DNA of 64,000 nt from Podarcis muralis (taxonomy: Eukaryota): the NCBI RefSeq assembly GCF_964188315.1, contig NC_135667.1, positions 10,416,001-10,480,000 on the forward strand. Reading direction: 5' to 3'. Each line of letters starts with the position of its first letter. Position 1 is the first letter of the stretch. Position numbers and translations under genes: made by a program. Below the pieces are notes generated by a model that saw nothing but the letters and a program-made list of their open reading frames with translations, was not told where the DNA came from and did no database searches. Positions 1-12,775 of the stretch are shown here, piece after piece.

Positions 1-523
1 TAAGTAACCGTTAATAAATATTATTTTAATTATTCCATATATGCTATAACTGACTGAAAATAACTTTGATTGATATGAAGGGCAGATTGCTTTAGAACTT
101 TATTTTTTAAATGCGTGGAGAGGTTTTATTATAAATCTCTGTGCATATAGGCTATCTGCATATTGTCAATGAGCAATAAGCTTTTTTGAGTCTAATTGTT
201 TAAAGAGAAAGAGAAAAGAGAGTAGGAGAAAGAGAAAAGTGATGGCATAAAAAATAGGAAAGCATATAGCCAAGTAATATGGTACTGAACTTTTTTGATG
301 ATACCCAAATTTTCAAGGTGGCAAAAACAAACACAGGTTGCTGAAGATATGAAGAAATATGCAACAGCTTTTTTAATTACACAGTATTCTTAGATTGCCC
401 AAATAAGTAAATAAACTTTGCTGGCTTCATCCTCTCTTTATAGGGAGGAAGGTGAGTCTCTCCTATCTAGATTCTGTGCACTGTTAAATTTTCCCATCAA
501 ACAAAACCTCACTTCATTTGCAG

Positions 524-3500
524 GGTGCTGACAAAGTTTTACCAGCAAATCCTGGCCTTGGTGTTTGCTGTTGATGAGATCAACGAGAATCCCAGGATGT
601 TGCCCAATGTCTCTCTCGGCTTCCACATCTATGATAGCTATTATGATTCAAAGATGACCTACAGAAACACTCTGGACCTGCTCTTTAAATCACATCACTT
701 TGTTCCCAACTACAGGTGTGGCATCCAGAAAAATGTCATAGGAGTCATTGGGGGACGCAGCTCTGATACCTCCTGGTGCATGGCAAACGTCTTAGGTCTT
801 TTCAAGATTCCACAGGTAGAATATGGATTTTGAAAAACAGAGATGTCACGCTTTCCTTGCATTAGGAATCTACTGATTCATAAATATGGAGTGGGGAAAT
901 GGACAAAGTAAAAGGGCCATAATATGCATATCCAACAATGTGTGTAAGAAGGGACCGTATCTGTTTAATAGATGTAATAGAAGGTTTCTCTAAAGCTGCC
1001 AGGTTTGTAAAGGAGGCACCTAGACTGGTTTATATACATCAATCCTGAATGAACTGCACTAGCTTCCTGTGAGCTACTGAATATATGACATGTGCACTGG
1101 ATTCATAAGCAAAAATTGCTGAAAACACATTAACAAAAAATGTTCCTCCCCTTAAAAATTAAGATAGTCCTTTCCCAAAGTATGATGTTACTCAACATTG
1201 TTCACTTTCAGAGGCTAATTGAAAACACTCTTTTCTTGCTATTGTTCTGGCATTTGTCACTTCAGAGTGTTATATAGTGGTGTCAGCATTGTGCTATTCT
1301 GCTACATTGTAGTATTTCATTTTAGTTGTTTTAAATAGTGCTGGTACAGTATTTTATATTTTACTGATATTTTATATGATTTGGTTTACAGTGCTCAGAG
1401 AAGAATAGAATATACAATCTAATGGAGATCTTCAGGATTTCCCAGGAAATCTTCCTTAGAGAGCACTTAGTAGATAGAGAATCAACCGCTCCCTACAGTC
1501 ATTACAAAACTTACAGATCAAAAGTACATGGTCAACAATTTCTATCACTCCACTTCCATCTTGGAATTTTGCTTAATCATCCACTTAGTATATTAACATG
1601 AGCCATTATAAATGCTCCCCTATTCTTCTTTGTTTTAAAAATAATATTTATTAAATTTTCCACTTTAACAATCCAATCAAATCATATTAAATATTCCAAA
1701 TTATACATATTATTCAACCATCAAACAGTCCAAACATTATGCCAAATTATAAAAAAATATTGTAGGCATCTTTCATGTTATCAGGCCGGGGGGCAGGTTG
1801 TACTGATCATCTCATACTTCTGCTGTTTTCATAATTTTCACGATAGTTCCCATAAATCATTCCGATGTTAATCCTCATTACTTTTCACAGCCTCTGAGAT
1901 TATCAAACAAGCGAGATAAAACAAAACAATATATTCTGTCTGGAATTTACGTTCCCTCTGTATGTTCACGATGTCTCTTCACAAAATGATGTTTCCGCCA
2001 AGCCAGTCCAAAAATCTTCTCACCTCGGGCAGCAGCCAAGTCAGTCCAGATAAAATCAAAGCAAGGCATCTGCCCAATGCTTTAAGACCAGCTGTCCTTC
2101 AAATGGTTAACCTGTCCAGGGAAGGTTTTGCCATATAAAACTGGGAATGCAAATATTAAGTAAGATATTAAAAGGCACCTATCCCCCTAAGGCACCGCAT
2201 TTAATTTGACAAGCTGATCTACTTTCGGTCTTGGCCGCTCATTTAATTGGAGCTGCGTTATTCCGATTCTAATTCTAGGCAAACTTCCTAAGTGTTTTTG
2301 GCGTCTCTCTAGTCATTCTCCAAATCAAACTCTTTATCCTCTTCCAAATATATCTGCAGCCAAATACTTTGAACTTGGTTTTCCACTTTTGAATAATTGT
2401 TATTTCCACACAGTTAATGACTATTAGAATCATATTATATCACCAAATACACCACCTCTCCAGTCTCACTTGCTATAAATAATCAGGCAGCTGGTTCTTT
2501 CAGAAGAGGATTTTGCCATATAGCATAGCAAAAATAAAGATAATAAATATAATAAAAAAGGAGGCTGAACTTTCAGTTCCAAGTACTAAGTCTTTCAGTT
2601 CCAAGTACTAAGTCTACATAGATGTTAATACTTCTTCCATTCAAATATTTTTTAGCACCTCAGTGGCTGAATTAATTAGCAGAGTAGTTTCTTCCCCTTT
2701 GCTCAGATCATGTCCAAAACCTAAATCCAATTTTTCATCTTAATAATTGGAGGTTTGCTGCTAAATGGAGGCGACTTTGGAGAGTTGCCAAGAAACGTTC
2801 CAGGCAACCATCCAGCCATCCCCAGCCCCTCCTTCTGAATTTGGGGCCAGGTTTTGGGCAATCTGCAGATGACCTGCCACTCCCCAGCCTGAGGAGTGTA
2901 GGGTGGCTGATTACTCCCATCTCAGCCTGTACGGCAGTGATGGAATTCAGCAATCCTCCATCGCAGCTAGCTGAAAGCTCCTCTCCCAAATGCTCCCCTA
3001 TTCTTGGATACAATCAATATGTACAAAAATGAAACTGTAATGATGCCATAATAATAATAAATATCAATAGAAAACATTGCGCAAGCATATCTGAGTTTTC
3101 CAATATAAGGTGGGGTTGGTGCTGTCTCTAAACTTGGTAAACTTGGGATATAGAATAAATATATATTCAATATTTAAGTGTGTGTGCGTGCAAGTGTTTA
3201 TATTTGAATAAATTGGAATATCATGACTTCTTGTTTCCACTTGGAAACATTTGGCTTTTGCTTTTTCCAGATTTCATATGGTTCATTTGAACCAGCCATA
3301 AATGATGGAACCAAGTTCCCTTCCTTTTACCGCATGGTCCCCAATGAAGACCTTCAGTATCAGGGAATTATCCGGTTACTTCTGCATTTCAGATGGAAAT
3401 GGGTTGGGCTCATCACTCCAGCTAATGAAGCTGGGGAACGTTTCTTGCAGAACATTGAGCCAATGCTTTTCAAGAATGGAATCTGTTCGGCATTTACAGA

Positions 3501-6500
3501 AAGACTTAAATTCAATATGAATTATAACAGTAACAAACTTGAAATGGCAGAGGACTCAAGGATTTTGTTTACAACTTTCACAACCAGCAAAGCTAATGCA
3601 ATTCTTCTATATGGAGAAAGTAGGTTTAGTATATGGTTGTCAGCTTTTTTATTCGCAATGGAGTTAACTCAGCAACTATTTCCTCAAAAGAAGTCCCGTG
3701 AAGGAAAAGTATGGATTACAACTATCCAAATTGACTTCATATTATATAGCCTTCAAAAATTGACTGTTAATATACGAATGTTCCATGGTGCTATCTCCTT
3801 TGCAATTCACTTCAAGGAGATTCACAACTTTAAAGACTTTCTTCGGAGTATACGTCCTCATTGGACAGACACAGGTGGTTTTATCCAAGATTTCTGGGAA
3901 GATGCATTCAGTTGTTCACTTTCAAACTCCACTCACTCGACATTCAGTGATAACATTTGTACTGGAGAGGAGATGCTGGAGAGCCTTCCTGCACCATTTT
4001 TTGAAATGAGCACGACTGGCCACAGCTACAGTATCTATAATGCTGTCTATGCTTTGGCACATGCCTTAAATAGCATGCACTTGGCTGGAGCCATCCGCAA
4101 CAGAAGAGGCGCTAAGGGAAAACTCTCTCCTCAATATGTAGATCCTTGGCAGGTATTCTTCTCTGTTACAAAGCATTCACTACATTGGTACATTTTGTGA
4201 GTAGGCATTTAAGGTAAAGGTAAAGGTACCCCTGCCCGTACGGGCCAGTCATGTCCGACTCTAGGGTTGCGTGCTCATCTCGCTCTAGAGGCCGTGAGCC
4301 GGCGCCGTTCAAAGACACTTCCGGGTCACGTGGCCAGCGTGACGAAGCTGCAGCTGGCAGGCCAGCACCAGCGCAGCACACGGAACCGCTGTTTACCTTC
4401 CCGCTATAAAGCGGTCCCTATTTATCTACTTGCACTTAGGAGTGTTTTAGAACTGTTAGGTGGGCAGGAGCTGGGACTGAACGACGGGAGCTCACCCCGC
4501 CGTGGGGATTCGAACCACCGACCATACGATCGGCAAGTCCTAGGCACTGAGGTTTTACCCACAGTTTATTTTATTTTCAGTAAAGAAATAAAAGAATAAA
4601 ACTTAAGAAATTAAAAATAAACCTTAAGTAAATTTATTGTATGAAAGATGGGAATTAGAGTATTTCTTATAATGATACTAAACAGACTTTAGATGACACA
4701 GGCTTTCAGAAGCAACAGACTACCAACAACTACAAGTAACTGTAGCTGTGCCAACCACCTCCTTCCCACTGCAAAACCCCTCCATTTTCTCCCATTTCCC
4801 TTCCCAATTCTCTCTGTCTCTCTGTCTCTGTCCAGTGTGTAAGGTTGGGGCCAGGGGCCCACTGGCCCCAGATGCATAATTCTGAGGGAGAACAACCAGA
4901 CCCCAACCACAGGCACTGGCTTTTGCAGGGATCCTCATATCCAAGAGAAAACAGAAGAGCAGCCCATAAGGGAGCTGCCACTACATGGGGACGTCCTGGA
5001 AGGCCCCGTCCCCAACTCCTCATCTTTCCCTGTCTGCCAATCACCAGGAGTTTCTGGCCTCACTGGTAGGTCCCCAGAAGACACTGGCAACTGTTTGATC
5101 ACTGTCTCTTAGACCCTGCTTTTCTCCCTTCTCCTCTTCTGCCTCTGAGTCTGGATTTCAGTCTGCCACTGCCTCTTCCTGCTCCCTTAACCCTGTTGCC
5201 TTTTCTGTTTCTGACACCTCCTCCTCCCAGTCGGCTCCCTCTTCTCCCACTGACCACTCCTTGTCATTCCACCACCAATCCCCTGGCTCTGAGCCTCCTT
5301 TCCTTGGGGTGTCCCTTTCGGGTTCCCCAGCAGCTACTTCCTCCAACTCCTCTGCATCCAACATCCAACCATGCTCAAATCCACCCTATAAATTATGGAA
5401 AGGTCCAGTCCAATGTTCTCATGTTGCATTCCTATCCTTTGTGAACATAAGCTCCCATCTCTTCTCATTCATGACTTCTCAAATCCCTTCCCTTTCTTGG
5501 ATCTTGACAAAGGCTAGTCTCAAGCAAGCAGGTCTATGGTCTCATCTCTTCATAATATATTTATGCAAGTCTGTTGAATGTTGAATTGGCACAGATTCAT
5601 GATTTCCTACTCCTCTTGTATGCGCAACTAGAATATGGATGCTCTCCATTGTGAACTGAAGCATTTAACTTCAATTCTCTTTCCACTTAGCTCCACTCAT
5701 TCCTGCAGAGAATCTCATTCAACAACAGTGCTGGGGATGAAATTGCATTAAATGAATATGGAGAGTTAGCAGCTGGCTTTGATATTACCAACTTGGTCAC
5801 TTTCCCAAATAATTCCTATGTCAGAGTCAAAGTGGGAAGTTTAGATCCTCAGGCCCCTCTGGGCAAAGAGCTCACCATTAATGAAGACAGAATCAAATGG
5901 CACAGACGCTTCACTAAGGTATGGAAATAATGGCACAGTCCCTGAAAACCCAGAATTAGTGGCTATCCACAAAATGGGATGTAACAAAAGCACTTCACAC
6001 ATTTTTCATTTTGAAATTCACTAGCACTTGAAACCACTTCAGACTAGTGATGAGTTAGAATAGAGGAGTGCTCCCAGACCTCTTGCTTCAAATGGAATGC
6101 AACTCCTCCCAGAACAGGTCAGGCATAGGACCCGAAAGCATTTCTCTCTGAGACAGGATGTGGCCTAACAGGAAACCACTACCCAAAAGTCATGGAATGA
6201 TTTCCTATTGCTAGTTTCTTGTAATGACCCTGCAGGTAGGAGCAGAACCACTATAATGGTTTACCTTTAATTCCTTGTGCCACCACAAAGGAACACCATG
6301 TGGACTCCTTGAAGCAAATGCCGTTAGGTGGTGACTCCATCAAAAGGCCAAGCCAGGGGTGAAATCACACTGAATTCTAACACAGCTGTAAGGTAGGATG
6401 GTCCAGGCACGAATACTTGTTGAATGGTCTCTTTAAATTTGAAAGTTCATTATTGTTCCACAAGATGTGTATGTCTTTCAGGGCCAGAGCAAATAACATG

Positions 6501-9500
6501 ACCTAGTTTTACAGATGTGAAGCACTATAGCAGGTGCTGTTAAAAAGGTAAAGGTAAAGGGACCCCTGACCATCAGGTCCAGTTGTGACCAACTCTGGGG
6601 TTGCGGCGCTCATCTCGCTTTATTGGCCGAGGGAGCCAGCGTACAGCTTCAGGATCATGTGGCCAGCATTACTAAGCCGCTTCTGGCGAACCAGAGCAGC
6701 ACACGGAAACGCCATTTACCTTCCAGCCAGAGCGGTACCTATTTATCTACTTGCACTTTGACGTGCTTTCTAACTGCTCGGTTGGCAGGATCAGGAACCG
6801 AGCAATGGGAGCTCACCCGCTCATGGGGATTCGACCTGCCGACCTTCTGATCAGCAAGTCCTAGGCTCTGGTGTTTAACTCACAGCTGTTAAGTTGTGTT
6901 AATTAAGCTGTGTCACCAATTGGGTATAGTATATAAAGAGCAGCACCTAGCTCTCTCAGTACCCTAGTGTATGGGTTGGTGGTTCGGTCATGCTCCTTGA
7001 TATATTATAATTAATGTAAAAGGAGTTTTTGTTTTTGTTATTAAAATCTAGCTAGAGTTATTTTGCATTCCTTGTAATGTATAGTCTCCCCAGCAAGCTC
7101 TCTGCAGCGCAACTAGTCTGCAAATAGCCAACAATACTGACATCTTCTTAAGCTTGTATGATGCTAAGAACAGCAGCTTTTTACCCCACTGTATGTGCCA
7201 CTTCTGTACATATGGATCATTTCGCCAGTGTGGTGTAGTGCTTAAGAGCGGTAGACTTGTAATCTGGTGAACCAGGTTCACGTCTCTGCTCCTCCACATG
7301 CAGCTGCTGGGTGACCTTGGGCCAGTCACACTTTTTTGAAGTCTCTCAGCATCACTCACCTCACAGAGTGTTTGTTGTGGGGGAGGAAAGGAAATGAGAT
7401 TTTTAGCCGCTTTTAGACTCCTTCGGGTAGTGATAAAGCGGGATATCAAATCCAAACTCCTCCTCCTCCTCCTCCTCTTCTTCTTCTTCTTCTTCGCACC
7501 ATTAGTCCTCCTATTTACTATTAAATCACCTGATCTTGGAGATTATATAAATCCCCTAAAACATTTATCTCTTCTTACCTCTTTGGATAGGTGCCACCCC
7601 CTTCTGTATGTAATGACATCTGCCATTCTGGATACGGGAAGAAAAAGAAGGAGGGGGAGAAGTTTTGCTGCTATGATTGTGATCCATGTCCAGAAGGAAT
7701 GATTTCAAATGAGAAAGGTTAGAGATGACATCTTAAGATACTGCAGAACCTCTGGGCTCCTGGCAATTTTGTTGACATTAAACTGCTGCAGGAGAGAAGG
7801 CTTAAATTAACAGATGTGTTCTTCTCACTGTTTATAGATAACATCAATATATTTTAATCTTTAAAACATCTTGAAGATTTCTTTTTTAAGTGGAAGCTAA
7901 TGTATTTTACCTCCAACTTCAACAAAATTAGGGTGGACTAGAAGTGGTGTTTTCTCCTCTAAGAATTAGGTTGTTTGACAATAGGGTGAAACTCTTATCA
8001 AACTCGCTTTTCTGAGATCCAATTAATCTCAGCTGTAATGCATTTCTCATTTTGTTGTACTGTTTATGTGGCTCTAAGAAAAAGCAGGGAGACAATAAAG
8101 AAAAAAAGATGTCACCCATGTAGAAAATTCCAGAATTGATACACAAGTTTTATTTTTGATACACCTAGTACAAAAGCATGCTACAAGAACTTAGTCTGCT
8201 ACAAGAACCTTTTCTTTTCCCTTTTCCCCCTCCCCCCTTCCTTTGCCATTTGTTTTAGTCCATTGTTTCACGATAATATTTAAGCTTTTGCTTGCTTACT
8301 CTTAGATGTTTGATTGTTGTTCTCCTGCTGATTAGGTGTTTTTTCTTCCTTTATGTACGTTATATGGTAGTTCTGTTTAGCTGTGGAATGTTTTGGGGTT
8401 TATTTTTAATTTAATTAATTGGATTGTCTAATATTATAATAGTAGGCTGACAAAGAATATAATCGTTTCATATAATCAGAGAGGTAGCTGATGTTTAGGT
8501 GGTTTGTTCTACTCGATTAATTAGAGTTATCGAGTTGTTGATACTATAAGCAGAAAAACTAGGCCGGGAAAGAATAACATAAATTTCCATTAATGGAGGC
8601 TAGTATGAGTCTTGGGATTGCTACCGTGGAAGGGCGAAGGAGGTATGGCGGTGAGGGGCGGGTGTTATAGGTGAAGGGGATTGAGATACGGATATGCTCG
8701 TACCCCTTCCAAACTGCGCCCCATCCCGAGGGATGAGGGTGGGGTGAGCACGGATTACTCATCTCCGTCACTGGTGCTGTGCAATGCCAGGTCTATAGGT
8801 AACAAAACTGCCACCCTGTGAGATTTCTTTACCTTGCAGGGGGTTGACCTGGCTTGTGTGACGGAGACCTGGGTCCACGAAGGGGAAACAGTTACCATAC
8901 GAGAGATGGTGCCCCCGGGTTTCTCCGTCCTCCACTAGTCGCGGACTGTGGGCCGGGGGGGAGGGGTGGCATTATTCATCCAGGAAGATTGTTCTTTCAG
9001 GGCTCTACCATCGCCATCGATCCCCAGCATTGAATGTGTTGGCCTCCGAGGAGAGCTTGGCTGTCTGGCTGGTGTACTGGCCACCTAGCGCACCAGCAGC
9101 CACCCTGTCAGGCCTACTGGAGGCGGTGGTCGGCTGGGCCTTGGAGTTCCCTAACCTATTGGTATTGGGGGACTTCAACATCCAGGCTGATGCCACAGGC
9201 TCTGGACCTGGAGTCTTCCATGGAGACACTAGGGCTCTCCCAGTTTGTTTCGGGTCCCACACATCAAGCAGGACACATGCTGGATTTGATCTTTGGCGTC
9301 GGTATAGATGTGATCATGTCTCTTTCAATGAAGGTCCCATGGTCTGATCACTACGCTCTGAAAGCCAGGATTGACTTTCCACCCCCACCCTGCTTAGGTG
9401 GCGAGCCGATTTGGGCTCACCCGCAGAGGCTGATGGACCCTGATAAATTCCGTCAAGCCTTGCAGGACCTTTCTCCCCCTGGCGACTCATTGACTGAGCT

Positions 9501-12500
9501 TGTTGAGGGCTGGAATATCCAGCTCCTGGCAGCCATCGATGAGATCACACGTAAGCGCCCTCTGCGACCCCGGAGAAACCGGGCTCCCTGGAAATGGAGA
9601 AACCGGGCTCCCGGAAAATGAAGCGGGACCTCAGATGGCTAGAGCGAGTATGGCAGGGTGCCCGTGACGGAGCCTCAAGAACATCTTATAGGGTTTTTAT
9701 GAAAACCTACAAGATGGCAGTAAAGGCCGCTAAGAAGTCTTACTTCTCGGCCTCCATTGCATCTGCTAGCTCTCGCCCGGCGCAATTATTTAGTATAATT
9801 AGGTCTTTAACATCCCTGGAGGGACAGCCAAATTTAAATAACAATTTGACACACAGCTGTGAGGCATTTGTGAGCTTTTTTGCGGAGATGGTCCTGTTGC
9901 TCCGCCGTGACCTCCCTGCCAATTTGGATACAATAATGGAACTGGAGGCCCCTCGACTGTCCTCGGGTCCAGTATTGGACCACTTTGACTGGATATCCCC
10001 AGCCGATGTGGGGGTCCTCCGAGCTGGAAAGCCCACCACCTGTCCTCTTAACCCGTGCCCATCCTGGCTGATTAGAGCTTGTCCAGACGAGGTATGGGCC
10101 CCCCTAGAGGATATCCTCAATTTGTCCCTTGGCACCGGGACATTCCCAGGGGTGCGCCCGCTCTTAAAAAACATCATTAGATCCTTTAGATCTATCCAAT
10201 TACCGCCCGGTTTCAAATCTTCTGTTCCTGGGTAAGGTGATTGAGAGAGCAGTTGCTGAACAGCTTGGTGGGTTTCTGGATGAAACATCAGCTCTGGATC
10301 CATTCCAACCCGGCTTCCGTGCTGGTCATGGGACCAAGGCGGTTCTGGTCACCCTAACAGATGATCTCCGCAGGCAGCTGGATTGAGGCGGGTCGGGGCT
10401 GCTGATTCTTCTAGACCTGTCAGCAGCCTTTGACATGGTCGATCATGAATGCCTTGCCGACGTGGGGATCCAGGGCACAGTCCTTCAATGGCTGCACCTG
10501 TTTCTCTCTGGTTTGGGACAGAGGGTGGTGCTTGGGGGGGAACCACTCCTTGGTGTGTGGAGCCACTCCTTGGTGTGTAGAGTGCCTCAGGGTGTGAGAC
10601 TCTCCCCGATGCTTTTCAACATCTTTATGCGCCCCCTCGCCTAGCTTGCCCGGAGTTTTGGGTTGGGCTGCCATCAGTATGCTGATGACACCCAACTCTA
10701 TCTGTTGATGGATGGCCATCCTGACTCGGCCTCAGACACACTGATCAGATGTTTGGAAGCTGTGGCTGGATGGTTACGTGGGAACCGGTTGAAGTTACAT
10801 CCTTCAAAGATAGAGGTCCTGTGGCTGGATCGGGACGATATGGGATTGGGGGGGCAACACCCATCTCTTGTGGGGGTGCAATTAGTGCCAGCACCGTCCG
10901 TTAAGAGTTTGGGTGTAATCTTTGACACCTCCCTTTCCATGGAGGTGCAGATTGCAGCTATAACAAAGGCGGCATTTTTTCATCTCCGCCAAGCTAAGCA
11001 GTTGGCTCCTTACCTCTCTCGCCCTGACCTAGCCACTGTGATTCACACGATGGTCACCTCCAGACTGGATTATTGTAACTCGCTCTACATGGGGCTGCCC
11101 TTGATACTGACCCAGAAACTCCAAAGGGTGCAGAATGCTGCAGCGAGACTCCTTACGGGGTCCTCGCTGCGAGATCACATTCACCCGGTGCTATACCAAC
11201 TGCACTGGCTCCCGGTGGAGTACAGGATCAGCTTTAAGGTGCTGGTTTTAACCTTTAAAGCCCTATATGGCCTAGGACCCTCATGCCTACGGGACAACCT
11301 CTCCTGGTATTTCCCACAGAGGAACTTATGGTGTTCAAACAAAAACATCTTGGCGGTCCCAGGCCACAGAGAGGTTAGACTGGCCTCAACCAGAGCCAGG
11401 GCTTTTTCAGCTGTGGCTCCGATCTGGTGGAACGCTCTGTCACAAGAGACTAGGGTCCTGCGGGACTTGACATCTTTCTGCAGGGCCTGCAAGACAGAGC
11501 TGTTCCACCAGGCCTTTGGCCAGGACACAGCCTGACTCCCTCCTTTGGCAATCTTCAGAGAACTCTAGCCCAATGGTTCCCATTAATTTGATTTGAATTA
11601 ATTTTATAATGAAATGATTTTAGAATGTTGTATTATTTTAGTGTTGTTAGCCGCGCTGAGCCCGGCTTCGGCTGGGGAGGGCGGGATATAAATACAAATT
11701 TATTATTATTGTTATTGTTATTTGGACTTGAAGCTCTCATACATTCTGACATAGAAAACACTATGTTAAAAGGACTAGTGATGTGAAATTCTTAAGAATA
11801 CTTTTGGTTACTTCAAATTGAAGTAACAACAATTTGTTACTTCAAACAATATACATTGTTTGTGTATTTTCAGACATGGAAAGATGTGTCAGTTGCCCAG
11901 CAGATCAGTATCCAAACAGCGGCCAGGATCTTTGCATTCCTAAGATTCCAAACTTCCTAGCCTTCGATGAAACCTTGGCCATTGTTTCAACTTCCTCTGC
12001 GCTTCTATTCTCTCTGATCACAGTTTTAGTGCTAGGCATCTTCATTAAGCATCGCAATACAGCCATAGTCAAAGCCAACAACCGAAGCCTCACCTATGGT
12101 CTCCTTATCTCCCTCCTCTTGTGTTTCCTCTCTTCTTTGCTGTTTATTGGAAAACCTAATATGGTGACTTGCCTTCTCCGACAAACTGCTTTTGGCATTG
12201 TCTTCTCTATAGCCCTCTCCAGCATCTTAGCCAAAACCATACTGGTGGTTTTGGCATTCATGGCTACCAAACCAGGATCCAATATGAGGAAATGGGTAGG
12301 CAAAGAACTGGCTTATTCCATTGTCTTTTCCTGCTCCATTGTTCAAGTAGGAATCTGTGTCCTCTGGCTGGCAACCTCTCCCCCATTCCCAGATGTGGAC
12401 ATGCACTCAATGCCTGAAGAAATCATATTTCTTTGTAATGAAGGGTCAGTCTCCATGTTCTATTGTGTTTTGGGCTACATGGGCTTCCTGGCCACTATCA

Positions 12501-12775
12501 GCTTCACGGTGGCCTTTCTAGCCAGGAAGTTGCCTGACACTTTCAACGAAGCCAAGTTCATCACCTTCAGCATGCTGGTCTTCTGCAGTGTTTGGCTCTC
12601 CTTCATTCCAACCTACCTGAGCACCAGAGGAAAATACATGGTGGCTGTGGAGATCTTCTCCATCTTTGCTTCTGGTGCTGGGTTACTTGTTTGCATTTTC
12701 ACCCCTAAATGCTACATTATTGTGGTGAGGCCTGACCTGAACAACAAAGAGCAGCTAACACAAAGAAAGTTATAA
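524..12775 (+). CDS. Vomeronasal type-2 receptor (V2R-A), exons 2-6; exon 1 lies just upstream of the window
   Basis: Exons with AG/GT borders: 524-815, 3271-4152, 5691-5918, 7591-7717, 11874-12775. Phases join into one open frame: Venus-flytrap domain, Cys-rich domain ([11 protein letters not shown]), 7TM ([12 protein letters not shown]...PKCYII). Window base 1 (taagtaacc) matches the exon-1 donor gtaagtaacc of genes B and C. Confidence 0.95.
1628..2987 (-). mobile_element. L1-like retroposon insertion with no recognisable ORF, in V2R-A intron 2
   Basis: 18-bp TSD aaatgctcccctattctt at 1610-1627 and 2988-3005; empty site in genes B and C; on the minus strand it starts GGGAGAGG and ends with AATAAA plus an A-rich tail. 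Confidence 0.7.
4211..4564 (-). mobile_element. Sauria SINE, slightly 5'-truncated
   Basis: Minus-strand tRNA-like head with B box GGTTCGAATCC, (ACCTTT)n tail; absent from the paralogous intron-3 site of genes B and C. Confidence 0.9.
6418..7133 (+). mobile_element. Solo LTR in V2R-A intron 4, with nested Sauria SINE
   Basis: TGTTG...CAACA inverted termini, 5-bp TSD atact (6413-6417, 7134-7138), internal TATATAA and ATTAAA; empty site in genes B and C. Confidence 0.8.
6544..6884 (-). mobile_element. Sauria SINE (second subfamily) nested in solo LTR
   Basis: (ACCTTT)n tail; 8-bp TSD gctgttaa at 6536-6543 and 6885-6892; empty site in the LTR copy near 19850. Confidence 0.9.
7226..7494 (+). 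mobile_element. tRNA-derived CORE-type SINE (Ther1/MIR-related, Squam3-like) with L2-type 3' end
   Basis: A-box-like TGGTGTAGTGCTTAAGAGC, CORE-like gggtgaccttgggccagtcac, tail ttagccgc...gcgggatatcaaat(CCT/CTT)n; absent in genes B and C. Confidence 0.8.
8180..11721 (+). mobile_element. Degenerate L2-clade LINE (APE endonuclease + RT) in V2R-A intron 5
   Basis: [10 protein letters not shown] at about 8775, GDFNI, RT motif YADD at 10678-10689, SRLDYCNSL; several stops and frameshifts; 3' stem-loop and (TTA)n tail; ends set by empty site aaaagcat|ttgggcttgaag in gene C. Confidence 0.92.

Noticed and set aside
5100-5600. Ser/Pro-rich ORFs in the intron-3 pyrimidine tracts of all three V2Rs
   Set aside because: Low-complexity C/T-rich sequence; frames and stops differ among paralogs.
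9740-10303. 187-aa minus-strand ORF
   Set aside because: Antisense shadow of the L2 ORF2.
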